From: Bugula neritina
Lineage: Eukaryota; Animalia; Bryozoa
DNA: 64,000 nt
Assembly (NCBI GenBank): GCA_964035545.1
Contig: OZ037770.1
Coordinates: forward strand, 13,754,642-13,818,641
Direction: 5' to 3'
Position 1 is the first letter of the stretch. Every line of letters begins with the position of its first letter. The position numbers were made by a program, and so were the translations under genes. A model generated the notes under the pieces. That model made no database searches. It was not told the DNA's origin and saw nothing but the letters and a program-made list of their open reading frames with translations. Below, one piece after another: positions 1 through 13,360 of this stretch.

Positions 1-113
1 ATCTTCTGTTTATGGTAGATATGTTGATGTGTAAAAGTTTCGTTAATTATTTTTCATGTGTAAAGTTTTTTCACTCAAAAGTTTGCTTACTTAACATTCT
101 TTATATTTTTTAG

Positions 114-1581
114 ATCAGTCTCAGCCTAATGTGATGTGGACCTCTGAAGAATTAAGTCTATTGGAAAGGTTTTTTGTCCAGAGAGTAGCCTGTGCGCCAT
201 ACAAACAGAACAACATGCTCTCTTTCTGTCGTATGACAGCTACTCCAGCTAAAATCATAAAAGACTTCATTCGTATTATCAGAAAGCAATTAGTAAGTTG
301 TATACTAATTCTCGAGGCCATAACTCCTGGCATTGTCGATTGTTAGTGTTATCAGTTGGAGGCTGTTTAATTTACTTATACATTATAGAGATTCTATCAA
401 AATAGGTCGTACATTCAAGTTTTATTTTATGTTCAAGAAATTCCCCAAATGTCATATATCAAGCGCTTACATTTTTTTTGGTCTTAAAAGCAAGTTGTAG
501 TGAAATATGATACAAAATATACCTCTTCAATTACCAATGATAATAGATTATTATTCATTTAGCAGTCATTTCTGCTAAATATCAAAGTATTATGTGGAAG
601 TCGTTATGTTGACATTGCTAAGATTTGTTTTACGTTGTCACTGCAGTTCCCAGATCTGAACACTGTGTGGAGAGTCGAGTGGTGCCTCACTCTTCCTCGG
701 GACACAAGCAGACGTATCGAGAAATCAGACAGACTGGAGACGGGAATCGGTGCTATGATAGTGCAGTCCAATAAGATACTGTATGTGGTGAGTAGTACAG
801 CTAGCTCCCTCTAGTGGTAGTAGTACAGCTAGCTCCCTTTAGTGCTAAGTAGTACAGCTAGCTCCCTCTAGTGGTGAGTAGTACAGCTAGCTCCCTCTAG
901 TGGTAGTAGTACAGCTAGCTCCCTCTAGTGGTGAGTAGTACAGCTAGCTCCCTCTGGTGGTGAGTAGTACAGCTAGCTCTCTCTAGTGGTGAGTAGTACA
1001 GCTAGCTCCCTCAGTGGTGAGAAGTACAGTTAGCTCCCTCTAGTGGTAGTAGTACAGTTAGCTCCCTCTAGTGGTGAGTAGTACAGTTAGCTTCCTCCAG
1101 TGGTAGTAGTACAGTTAGCTCTCTCTAGTGGTGAATGGTACAGCTAGCTTCCTCTACTAGTAGCAACTCCTTTTACAGTTGTTTCTTGAAATGTATACTT
1201 TATATTATTGTAATATTTTAGTTGAAATTCATCAGAAATTCCGTAACTGAGAGCCAAGGGGAAATGATGCAATTCAGCGCCCCGTTTGTCTATGAGATTG
1301 GTTCGGATGTCACGCAGGTACGAACTATCTACTCCCTATGCTCACTACTTGTAAACTCTTCTCTTTCAGTTATGATCCACTCTTAATCTCAATCTGGTTT
1401 GTAGCTGGCGGACAAGACCTCCAGCAACAGACCAGACTCCTCCTTCACGCTGCCAATCAACCAGATTCTCCAGAACATACGGCAGCAGCAGGCAAACTAT
1501 CAGCAGCAGCAGATGACTGCAATATACGCCTCGTGTCAGGAAATCTGCAGCCGGCTTGTTTTACCAACTAATTTGATTTGA
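114..1581 (+). CDS. MED14: Mediator subunit 14, last four exons (5' part outside window)
   Basis: Exons 114-292, 647-787, 1222-1317, 1405-1581 (TGA) splice in frame at GT-AG sites: WTSEELSLLERFFVQRVACAPYK..IIRKQL|FPDLNTVWRVEWCLTLP..NKILYV|LKF..PFVYEIGSDVTQ|LAD..LVLPTNLI*. Matches the recalled MED14 C-terminus ([39 protein letters not shown]..PIIYD). Confidence 0.9.
785..1156. repeat. 28/29-bp minisatellite (~13 copies) starting on a MED14 splice donor
   Basis: Unit gtggt(g)agtagtacagctagctccctcta; the first unit overlaps the exon end GTG|GTGAGT at 787/788. Confidence 0.95.
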
Positions 1582-2897
1582 CTGCACCAAGCCATGCACT
1601 AGAATGTTCTCCCAAATATCTTTTAAGTTGATGTAATATACATCATAGCAGCTGCGAAGTGGAGTTTCAACTATTTATTTGGAAGAATCTAGAATGCTAA
1701 TGTTAGAAATGTGTGGCCAGTTGGGTTCATTCTCGGTTACAACAATGGACTGGTGTGTCGGTAAGTAACACCAACTGTTCTTTACCACAGTTTACACTTT
1801 GCACCTTTCTCATGAACTCATCAATCACTGAACAAGGTAAAAAGGTTTGTTTCTTTAAATAGCTGCGCATTGTAAATTTGTTTCTGCATTTGTAAATTTG
1901 TCACTCGATTTAATATTTTGTTATGCTTTATACACGTACTTTGTAACACACTTCAATTTTCTGAATACTACAAATTTTAGTATTTGACTAAAACTATAAT
2001 GTAACTGAAATATGAATAAAGGTGTAATTGAAATATTTCAATGCGCTGAGCTTATAAATAAAACCACGAAAAGCATTTTATTCCACATTTTCGTCATGAT
2101 GGTTTATAATAATATTTTTCTAAAATAGGAAATATATCGGTATCTGTAATAATTAAGGTATAATTTTTAAAATCTCACATCTTGAACAGCTTCGACAACT
2201 TAAATCCATACCTTTGTCAGACACTGAAACAAGCCAATACATTTGATTTTCATGTCTCTACACTAGTAGGTGAAATATTAAAAATATATTTAAAGATATT
2301 TTTGTTGATTATAAGAGAGAAATAAAACAGAAGTATGTGCTAAAACCAGTAAAAACTCTTAATGTTGTAAGAGCTTCATATATATTAGTAGATCAAAAGT
2401 TTTGTAGAGATTATACAAATTAGACTAGATTTCATTGTGCAAAATTTATTAGATGTTGAGTTGAGAGAAAAAGAAAAGATGTGTGTGTGTGTAAAAAGGT
2501 AATAAATTGTTGGGCTATCACGCAATGAAGTAATAAATTTAAATTATTAATGAAATACTTGTATTCCTGTATCACAAAATTGAGTAGGTGATGTAAATTG
2601 GTAAAATAATTCCATAACATACAATTGATAGATTCATAAGTTATACTCTATGGTAATACAACTACTGGTTTTTGGCATCTAGGTGTTGTCTCCTCTTTTC
2701 AGGAAATGATTAAAAACATAAAATTATCTCTAATATAAGACAAGTTCTACTCTACAATCTACGTTAGTAGAAAGTGGCTGTTTTATCTAAACTTCACATT
2801 TGATATAAGAGCTCTTCTACCCCCCTCCCCCTTCAATGAGTATCTACTAGCAGAGATCTCTAACTGTGAAGTGGGTTAGGTTAGTGAGTAGAAAGGT

Positions 2898-5167
2898 CTA
2901 GAGATCAAGTGGTAACCTGGTTTTACTGCAGCTCCAACGCCATAATTTCTCAGCCTCTTCTTCATTTTTAGCACACGGGTTAATGGAAGTTTCAGCACAG
3001 CCACTACAACCAAAAATTTTAGCTCACTATTTACGGGTGGTATCTATGCCAACCCTAATAAACGTATTTAACAGTTGCAAGAATGTGTAACTAGTACTTT
3101 CACGGCCTCTAATTTGAAGAGACGCAAAGAGGGTTTTGAAAAAAAGTTACGCCAAAAGCTGAAAACGTGGAACTGAGTACCAAATACAATGTTCCCTCCA
3201 TATCTCACTATGCTGCGGGTGTGAAACCTCAATTTGTGACATAGTAGAACACCAGATTAAACTCATGGATCTGTTAAATTCAGACATTTTGTCCATATAT
3301 ATACATTCATAAGCCACAGCCAAGCCCTTCTTGTGACTTTGTGAGAACTGGACCCATGAGATGAGGTGGGAGCACTGTAGTAAAGAGCTTGTGAATCTTT
3401 ACTACAAAAAGTGATTGAAGAACCAAAACTACAAACACAAAAATGTAAACTGAAACGTACGCAAAGTATTTTCCGGAAACGCCTTCCAGTGATTCGTCCA
3501 CAGCCGCCCATATCTGAGTCTGTGCTCCCTGGAACTGCGTCAGAGTCACTAACTTGAAAGGAGTGAGAAAGATCTTGGGAACTGGCATGATATGTCGAGT
3601 AAAATCTGTGAAGATTATTCCGGGGTGAAGGGAATTCACTGTGATGTTCTCACCTGTAATACGGAAGGCAGTCTAGGAACTAGTGACATCTGGTGGCAAC
3701 TACAGACAGCTTAGCTTAGAGTAACCAACAGATGAACATTCTCTTTCCACTGAAAGCAAGGAATTATTTATCAGCTAATCCTTAGTTTACATTTCAAAAT
3801 CAACTGATGATAAAGGTGCTCTGAGTAGTTAAACACTCCCCAAAGCAACTGGGAAAAGGATCAGATGTTTAACGAACGATATTTAATACAAATATATTAA
3901 TATAATTTAAAATAAGCTAGCCGAAAGCACTTGCATACAAAACCTATGTACAGAATGTAAGCCAAAACATCGGTTACAATAATAAATTATAAAATACATC
4001 AAACAAATGCAGCCCTTTATCAAAATGCTACTTATCAAGATGTGTCTTTACAAGTGTGGAAATTTGCTTAAACCTGAAAATATTCCCCGAATTTATTATC
4101 TGATGAAAATGAGAGTTACAAGAACAAGCACTTACCAACCAGAAGTTTGCTGAGATGTCGACAGAAAAGAACGTTAGCGAGCTTACTCTGGCCGTAGGCA
4201 TGCCAGTGTTTCCCTCTCTACAGCACATGCAAACACGTGAGTGATGCACACACACAATATATTCATAATATATTAGTATACTAGTGTATATTATAGTATA
4301 ATATGCTATCAGAGAGTATAATATATAGTATAATATGCTATCAGAGAGTATAATATATAGTATAATATGCTATCAGAGAGTATAATATATAGTATTGCAA
4401 AAGGCACACACCTGCAGGCCGTCGTAGTCTAGATTGCCACTTCCCCAATGAGCTTTCGATGAGACAACAACTATACGAGACTTGAGAGATTCAGTTCCTG
4501 CCTTCCGCAGACAAGGCAAAAGCAATCGGATCAAATAGAAGTGACCTACATGACATATTAATCCGGCAATCAAATATTAAGGTATTATATGCCAGAGTAC
4601 AATTTACCATCTGAAATCTACCCTAGCAACAAGATTACCTTAGCAACAGAACAATAGATGTGTCAAATATTAAAAACAATATAACCTAACAATGTAAAGC
4701 TAATTGTTGTCCAGAAAATAATCTTATATGTTTTGCTGAGTCATGTCATCAAAAAGGTATGAATTAAGCTTCAACTGCACAACAATGAGCCAAAGGTAAA
4801 AAATATATGTAAGAGGTAAGAAAGCTGGGATAATTTTCAAGTAGAAAAACTAAAAGAATATTATGGTGAGAAAAATGAGACAGCGTTTCGGTGATAGAGC
4901 TAGGAACAGGAAATCTCACTCAGATGGTTGCATCCTAAATGCCACTCAATGTCATCTTCGGTCAGACTGTGGTGAAAGGCACCAAACCCAGCGTTGGCCA
5001 CTAGAATGTCTAGCGAGGAGTTTTCTGCAATCAAACAGAAAGTTAGAAACAGGAAGTAAAAACAGAATTATTATGACGAGTTATTTCATTAGACTATACC
5101 ACTTTTTTTAGTTCACTTATCCATGGAATATAATACATCTTATTGGATAGTTTCACTGGCCAGCACG

Positions 5168-5219
<52 letters not shown>

Positions 5220-6541
5220 GGGTATATTTATTTATTCAAGTATTTATATTTATATTTATGTAAAACATGCACACAAGTATGTTTAAAATTTGCCAATTTT
5301 CATTGCTCTCAACAAGTGGCAATTATTAGAAGGGGCAGACGATCTCCCAGTAAGTTAAATACCTTTCATGAACTCTTCAGCACATGCCTTGACTGATTGT
5401 AAAGAATTGAGATCAATTTTGATGAGTATTAACTTAGCCTCAGGATTCTTAGACAGGATATCCTGTCTGGCCTGTTCAGCTTTCTCCATGTTTCTACACG
5501 CCATGTACACAGTCGCTCCTAACAAACAACAATAATAAATAATAACACTAAACAACAATATTAATTAAACAATAATAGTAACATCAATTATTAAAATCAA
5601 TGTTAATAAAGGTAATAACACTAGAGAAAATTGTTTAATAAAATATTTAGGTTGCGTTAAAGTTCAAAAATACAATATTCACCTTTTCAAATTATTTCAT
5701 GTGTTAGATATTTATTATATCAAATAAATTTAGTATCATATTTACTAAATCAACGGCCAGTTGATGTAAACTGGAATAGCTGACTTCTAACAATAAAACT
5801 GAGCCTATAGTAATTGGAGTTAGCACAATCAGTATTCAGTACAGAAGGTTATAACACCACCAGGTTACACTATGAAGCAGTTACGATAATATTCGCTGCC
5901 ACTTAGACTACAGGCTGACCTCTTGCTGCCAAGTCTTCAGCCGTCACCTTCCCCAGCCCGGTATTGGCTCCGGTGATGAGCACGACCTTGCCGTTTAGAC
6001 GCCGCTTGCTCTTGCACACCGCCGGTTTGAACACCACTTGTCTAAACATGTCGGCAAATAATTCAGTCTCATGAAATTCCAGCAACAAAATGAAAACAGT
6101 ATTATGAAGCACAAAAATATTAATTTATAAAAGTTCTTACATGGAAAAGATAACATATTGAATGAAAACGGGCCTTAGAGTAAAACTCTAGCATGCATGT
6201 AAGAGTTGAAACAGGTTGATTTTTTTAAAATCTGCATGTTATTCACCTTGGAGTAGGAAAAATTATTACTAGCACTTTCTTAAATAAAAAAGAACAACCT
6301 GAAAGTTGCCCCTTCCATTATAAGTACAATTGAAACCCTGAATTTATACAGTATGAAATATTTACAGACAGTTTGGAGAACATGAAAATAATACAAGAGA
6401 CAAGTTGTTATAATTCTAAGGAAGTTATAGGGTAACTAATATAGCAATTGAGATTTGAGATGTTTATTACCTTAGAAAGATGAAAAGGGTGAAAGAACCA
6501 ACAGTTGTGGCAATAGCAGACAATATTGAGAGTCCAAACAT
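2898..6541 (-). CDS. Short-chain dehydrogenase/reductase, retinol dehydrogenase 11-14-like, 8 coding exons
   Basis: Exons 6541-6471, 6041-5920, 5518-5363, 5024-4920, 4545-4412, 4217-4136, 3653-3461, 3003-2898 are phase-consistent. Hydrophobic N-terminal anchor, GKVVLITGANTGLG, ILVANAG, NHLSHF, RIVVVSS, catalytic YGQSK, NSLHPG, GKYF, AEKLW. Confidence 0.93.
4292..4395. repeat. 32-bp tandem repeat, ~3 copies, ~16 bp from an RDH donor
   Basis: Unit tatagtataatatgctatcagagagtataata. Confidence 0.9.
5171..5213. repeat. (TA)n microsatellite
   Basis: About 21 TA units seen directly. Confidence 0.95.
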
Positions 6542-7555
6542 GGTGAATTTTCCCAGATAGTTTCCAAAATTGTGACCTGGCAAAATTAAATACCTAATTC
6601 AATAATTGAAAATATCTTTATATGATTATAAACTTAAAAACCAACATTAAAGTTTAAACTTAATATGACAAGCAATAGGCTAATTACAATACTAATACAG
6701 TAATAGTGATAGTAATACCAATACTATACAGCTATTAAAACTTATAATACTACTATTCCTGTATTAGTATTCATATTGACTATTGTCTATTGTATAAAAT
6801 TAAAATTAAATAGCGTGAGTTATACTTATACTAATAGTAATACTTATAGTTATAGTAAGTGTAACACTAACAGTAACTCATAGTTTAACTACAATTTAAA
6901 TTTAAATTATGGCTATTGGTATTACTACTGGCATCGTCATTACTATTAGTCTACTATTATAGCCAACAATAACACCTAGACAAAAATTCTAGTTTTCTAA
7001 AGCTGCAGAGCTTGCAGTTGCAGCTGGAAGTGGATCTGATCACATTTCAAAAAGCAATAGGAATAGATACTCATTGGTAATGATTTCCGCGACTAAAACA
7101 GTTTCAAAACAACAATATTATTTCGAAGCAATATCGACAATCTCCGAATGTATAAAAGCTAGAAAGCGCTGGTAACATTTCCATTTTGGTTATTTATTCA
7201 CGTTTCACTGTTTCTGGTTGAAAGTAATATTTAACCTCAAGTTACACTTACAGTTACAGTTACACATAGTTGACATGAATTAGTTTTAAAATTGGTTACA
7301 GAGACTAATCTTAACATTGTTTTTCTAGCTACATTTTCTATTGCTGTAGATCAAGATGCATTAGTATAAAAAGTGCGAAACTTTTGAATAACTAACATAA
7401 AGACATTCATAAAGTTGAAGTCAAACTCAAAGTTGAACATACAAAATTAAAATATTTTAAATGAGACCTTCTCCAACTTCAAGTAAAATAACTTACTCTT
7501 ACTCATAGTCTCAGTAAGCTATTTGTTTTTGACTTTGAGTATTTAATTTAGCAAA

Positions 7556-10500
7556 ATGCTTAATTGGCTTCGGGGAAAAGTTTCTAGAGACTCACCGGTC
7601 TCAGTTTCAAGTGCATCTCGTGATTCGTATGATCATTCCATTCAACAACCACAGGCTCAGCAATATGACAATTTGAACTCAACAAATGGTAATATGAATA
7701 TAAATAATAATATGCAAATTTAACTGATAGCTAACATTGAAATTTAATATTTTTCTGCCTAATATTAAATATTATTAGTGAAGACTTAGATTATCATTGT
7801 GGTTATACTTATCTATTATCAAATTGAAATTCAATGGGTTGATGGCAATCACAATGCTAAAAGTAAATAAAGGATTGTCATTATGATTATCGTCATGGTC
7901 ATATTTTGATTTTAATTTATAAAATCAAGTATAATTGAATGGCTAAGCTTAGTCATAGTAATAATTTAGTAGTAGTTTTATGTCTAGACGCAAGTCTTAG
8001 TAATACTAATAGTAATAGTAGTTATACTTATTGTGAAAAATACTTAAAGCTATTCTTATACTCATAGTCATAGGCCATAGCTCAATGTTAAAATTTGTGA
8101 AAATAAAATATATAAAAGAGTGATCCAGAATTTGAGGGCATAAATTGAAACATTAGTATATAAATTTGTGAGCCCATCCCATAGATCATTGCTATGTAGT
8201 TATAAAAGTGTGTAAATGAATAATTATGAGCATCATAACTGAGTGAGGTATAACTATAAGTAATTTCTGACACTTTTGTTGATTTTTCAGTATTTTCTGT
8301 TGTGGAGTTGCTTCACCATTTTTAACTGCTGTAGGAACCTGTCTGTTACAGATGATTTGGAGTCGCCCTCTACTGGAAGGAACACTCTGGTTGTTGTCCG
8401 AGAAGGTGCCGTACCAAAAATGACTCTGGAGTCTAACGAGCTTCAGTTACTGCAGGATATACCAGAATTCAAGGTATTTCCACTTCCTTCTGCCGGTCTG
8501 CAATGTAAAATGTCTGGCACAGGGAGGCTCTATTTTTCAAACTCTCTTTGAAATCATTCATCTGAAAGTTTAAAGTTGTTACTTTGAGCCAGAAGTAATT
8601 ATAATCTGGTTTCAACATTCATGTCTTTACAGGTCAAGTTTGGCAGTTGTGGAGAAAAATGGTTAAAATTACAATAAAATACACATTCCGTGTTTTTTAA
8701 ATCTTTTTTGGATTAAATGATTGAGATCTAAATTAAAATTTTTCCACTTTGAGTTAGGATATAGTTATTTTAAATAGATTTGCTAAAATAGAAATTCTTC
8801 TAAAACATTTTTTATCTAGCTGCTTTTTCATTTTTGTTGTTGTTAGATTGATGTAAGTTATTCCGAGTCGTATATTGGGTTGGTCTGGAAATACATGCAA
8901 AGTTTCTTGAGCATGAAAACTCAATTTTTGTCATGCAAATGATCTCTTTACACTATTGATTGAGTGAAGCATGCATTTTGACAAAGTGCTATTGAAGAAG
9001 GAGTGTGATGCAGTGAAAAATAAAAGATATCTTTGAATTCGGTTTGTGTTCAGTAGTTATTTTTGTGAATTTTTTATAACACCTATTGATACTGGATGTC
9101 CACTGTTTGGCAGCTTTCTTACTTGTCAAGTATTATTATTGTTCTTAGGAATAACTCACATGTTGAACAGCATTCTGCTCCTTGGGCACTGAAAGTTTTC
9201 AAAATACAAACAGGAGAAGATAATTCTTTTTTATGTTGGAAAACCATACCTTTGTGTATCAATAAATGTGATAAAATGCATCGGAAGAGTATTTTTCATC
9301 TTTATTGTTTATGTTTAGATGTACAAAATTATTTATAGGTAAACTAATTAGGTCATAATTTTAATAAAATTTCTCAGTTTTGAGTTTAAAGTATAGTAAT
9401 ATTGTAGTATAGTAATATTGTAGTATAGTAATATTGTAGTATAGTAATATTGTAGTATAGTAATATTGTAGTGTAGTAATATTGTAGTGTAGTAATATTG
9501 TAGTATAGTAATATTGTAGTATAGTAATATTGTAGTACAGTAATATTGTAGTACAGTAATATTGTAGTATAGTAATATTGTAGTATAGTAATATTGTAGT
9601 ATAAATGATATTACAGCCTTTATTGAGTGAATCCGGGAGTCATGGGCTGGAAAACTGTCTGGATGCAAAGTCCCTATTGGCTATGGCCAAGATATATCAA
9701 GAGCATTTGCACCAATCAGCTGAGAGTGTTAGCGTTGAGCAAACTCAAATCACAAGCAGACTTAAGGAGGTGCGAGTTCTTTTTTCCACCCCTCCCTGTG
9801 TAGAGTTTTGAGTCTTCTACATTGCCGCTTCTCTGCTAATATAGTTTTTGATTTTATCTGCATTTGTTTACTCAGGAAAGCTTTGTATGCATGTGCATTT
9901 CTTCTTTAATATATAAAACCATCGTGTGTTGTCATTTCAATACTGATTTCTTGGTGGTGACAAGTGAAGCGTGATAATCAAAAGGATTTCTATAAATATA
10001 ATTGGTCATGTTTAACTTTCATATGTCTTATACTGATCTTTGAAATCATTAAAACTAAACTATATTCATAATGATAAACAGAATCGGCATTTTATTGAAA
10101 TCCTGCCACTATTATATGAAACAAAAAGTACCAATAATACAATCAAAGTTTTCAAGAGCATTCTAATCTCCAGTCTCGTCTATTTTCCTACTTGTGAAGT
10201 GATTATTAAACACTTGACAATTGAAGACGTCTTATTAGATATGTATTAGAATCTTCATATATTGTGTCTCATAGACTGTAAAATATCCGATATTTAATTA
10301 TTGTCTGGTGATGAGTGTAGATTAGTTTGTTGAGTAAAATAATTGTCTTTAAACCCGTCTCAGTCTGAAGAGCTTGTGAAATTATAAATTATATTCTATT
10401 TTTCAGCACTCAATAACATATTAACATTTCACACCTTTACTTACTACCCTGTTGTATGTGCATTTCATTAATTTATCGTTATAAATATGATATTTGAAAT

Positions 10501-11165
10501 ATATTTTATTATATCATTTTATATGTTATCATGTTACTTCTTTGAGTATTCAGTGAAGGCCATTGGAGTTTAATTCTTGCTTTTCAGTTAGTCATCATTG
10601 TAATATAACAAGTTGACACATGGCTGATACAGCTGTCAAAATATTCTGTTTATTGCAGGTTGACATGACCATCAAAGTGCTCTGTTTATTGCAGGTTGAC
10701 ATGACCATCAAGGTGCTCTGTTTATTACAGGTTGACATGACCATCAAGGTGCTCTGTTTATTACAGGTTGACATGACCATCAAGGTGCTCTGTTTATTGC
10801 AGGTTGACATGACCATCAAGGTGCTCTGTTTATTACAGGTTGACATGACCATTAAGGTGCTCTGTTTATTACAGGTTGACATGACCATCAAGGTGCTCTG
10901 TTTATTGCAGGTTGACATGACCATCAAGGTGCTCTGTTTATTGCAGGTTGACATGACCATCAAGGTGCTCATGGATAGGCTATCAGAGAGGCAAAAGTCG
11001 TATGCAAAGGCAGCTGAACAAATTCGCAAGACGTCAGATATTACTCAGTCCCTGAAGAAACTTCGAACTAATGTGAGAGAAACGGAAGAAATGCTAAAAT
11101 TGCTCAATAATCAACTTCCCCCTTCATTACAGCTGAAACCTTTTAGTTTTGTGGAAGGAGATTGA
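7556..11165 (+). CDS. BORCS5: BLOC-1-related complex subunit 5 (LOH12CR1/myrlysin)
   Basis: Exons 7556-7688 (inferred first exon), 8352-8473, 9617-9769, 10947-11165. TLVVVREG..LQDIPEFK|PLL..LDAKSLLAMAKIYQEHLHQSAESVSVEQTQITSRLKE|VD..ERQKSYAKAAEQI..LNNQLP..LKPFS matches recalled human [65 protein letters not shown]..LEPFS. Which acceptor starts the last exon is ambiguous (9 copies). Confidence 0.92.
9391..9603. repeat. 16-bp minisatellite (~13 copies) ending 13 bp before a BORCS5 acceptor
   Basis: Unit gtatagtaatattgta. Confidence 0.95.
10646..10970. repeat. 36-bp tandem repeat, 9 copies, spanning the BORCS5 last-exon acceptor
   Basis: Unit ctgtttatt(g/a)cag|gttgacatgaccatcaaggtgct; candidate exon starts at 10659+36n up to 10947; translates as CLLQVDMTIKVL with no stop. 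Confidence 0.97.
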
Positions 11166-13248
11166 TAGTTTTCATTATTAATGTGTAATATTGTTGTGAA
11201 GATCTTTATATTTGACACTTTTGATAATGGTGAAGCTACTACGTTTTGTTGGTTAGCTGGCCAAATAAAATAGTTTATTATTATTTTTATCATTTTTGTT
11301 ATTACTATTTATTATTAGTAGTACTACTCTCTCCAATTATCCAGCAGTTATTTGTGATTTGTTTTCATCACTTCTTTGTTTACTCTGATGGGCGAAGTTC
11401 ACAACTGCATGTATGACAAAAATACACAATAGTCTTATAAATATTGTAGTTGCTTACGTCTAGAATTAATATATTTCTATCTTCTGAAGAATTGTATTTG
11501 GTGATGTTGTCACTCTCCAATATGTTGCAATGTTTTGCCACTAATATAATCACATCTTTTATTATTATTCATAATATAAATCATTATATAATGTTACATA
11601 ATGCTGAGGTTCCCATACTATTTTTTCATATTATTAGAAATACATGGATTTGTATTATTTTCCCATCATGATCCTTTCTTTTCTCACTCATCTCAATCAC
11701 TGCGAGAAAACTTGATTTATGGATTCAATAGTAATGACTGTAACCTTTTATTTGAGAGAAAAGGAATCAAGTAGGGCCAGCAAATGTGCTAGCATAATAT
11801 GAAATGTGTATCATTAAAACTATAATTGTGAATAATATAAATTATGGTAGTGATGGTAATTCAATATAGTTTGTCACATAGCGATTGGTATTATCTCTGA
11901 AAAATCTCACAGTTAGGCAATTACATATACAAGAGATTATTTTTTACATATGGGTGCTTAAGAAATAAATAGAAACCTTGCCAATATCACGGCTTATTGC
12001 GATAAATACATCAATATTTCTATTATACATAGAAGGTCTGATATTATAGTAAATACTGACGCACCTTACATAGTAAATTGGTTGCAGTCCTATGAGAGTG
12101 ATTACATAGCAAACTGGGTCAATAAAATACCACCCTCTGCAGTGCTTACAAAATCTACACAAGCCCCCATGGCTTCTGTTGAAAAGCTTCATTTGGATGT
12201 GTCTCAGTTATTCCAGCTATTAGGTATGAATGACCTCCCCAAACATATTGCATCATCAAGCTGCAGCATGTGTTTGGGCTGTTATAGTATAATATATCAT
12301 CGTTTTATTAATTTCTTTTTTATATTATTGCAACAATTACATTACATTATTTAAATTTATTGTATGATACACACTGCATAGCAATATACAGTAGTTACCT
12401 ATGAAAAACACGTAAGAACATTTTTAACTTCATTAGAAATATTATTGTCTCATCCAAATTTGGCACAATATACCATAATTGCAGCTCCTTATAATATGCA
12501 TGTCATTTATAGAAGTAAGTGTAAGAAGGTTCAAACTTCACTATAGCATAATTAATGTTTACTGCAAGTTGTTAAAATTTAACTCATAGTTTTTTCTGAT
12601 GGGAAATTTCAAATTGTCATTTTATATTTAACATTGAAAAAGATATTTCTACAATATTTTTATAAATTGAAATTTCACCGTCCTGCATACATACACAGCA
12701 CACGGCACACATATATTATATCACTGAATATATATTTCAGTATACAGGTTGTATTCCCAAAGAACTTGGTGGGTGGCAACAAAACAAATAATAACCCTTT
12801 CACTTGCCAATTTCTTAAATAGTTTCCAATTCAAACATTTTCAATAAAAAGAATAATTTCAATGAACAAATCATTCAGAGGGTTTGTAAGCAATAAGGAA
12901 TTATAATTAGTAACAAAACAAACTATTTTAATGACAACACTGCATGTGCCCCAACTCAGCAAAATCTGCTCTATGTAGATGAAGTTTTAGAGTTGGGAAG
13001 TTATGCAATTATAAAGATAAATTTGCTTTAAATATTGCTATAACTCATTCTTTATCTAACTGCGTAAATAATTTATAAATTAGGAGCTCTTTTTTGAGTT
13101 TTATGCTTAATGGTTGTCAATTTATTATAATAATTCTTTTATTTATTCCATCAGGTGTATTATTTTGTTTGTGTCACTTAGCAACATTGCATAACCAATA
13201 TATAAATAGAAATGAAAATAAGCCCCAAGTGATCCCATAAACAAGTGA

Positions 13249-13360
13249 TGACATCATTAAATCATCCAATAGAAATTATATTTAGCAATAATAGATTCCC
13301 CCCAACATTGAGAGAGGCTGTATATAAGAAGTTGTGAAGGGATGCAGTTCTCATTCATTC
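13249..13360 (+). promoter_or_regulatory. Core promoter of the neuropeptide gene (CRE-like, CCAAT, TATA, Inr)
   Basis: TGACATCA 13249-13256, CCAAT ~13266, TATATAAG 13321-13328 and TCATTC at 13351 (canonical ~30-bp TATA-Inr spacing), ~60 bp before the ATG. Confidence 0.6.

Noticed and set aside
785-1156. CRISPR-like periodic arrays (here and at 10646, 15284)
   Set aside because: Head-to-tail units with no unique spacers, eukaryotic intron context and no cas genes.
9348-9668. 106-aa Tyr/Ile-rich ORF
   Set aside because: Translation of a 16-bp minisatellite.
10595-11029. 144-aa minus-strand repeat ORF (STLMVMSTCNKQ)n
   Set aside because: Antisense reading of the 36-bp repeat; no independent evidence.
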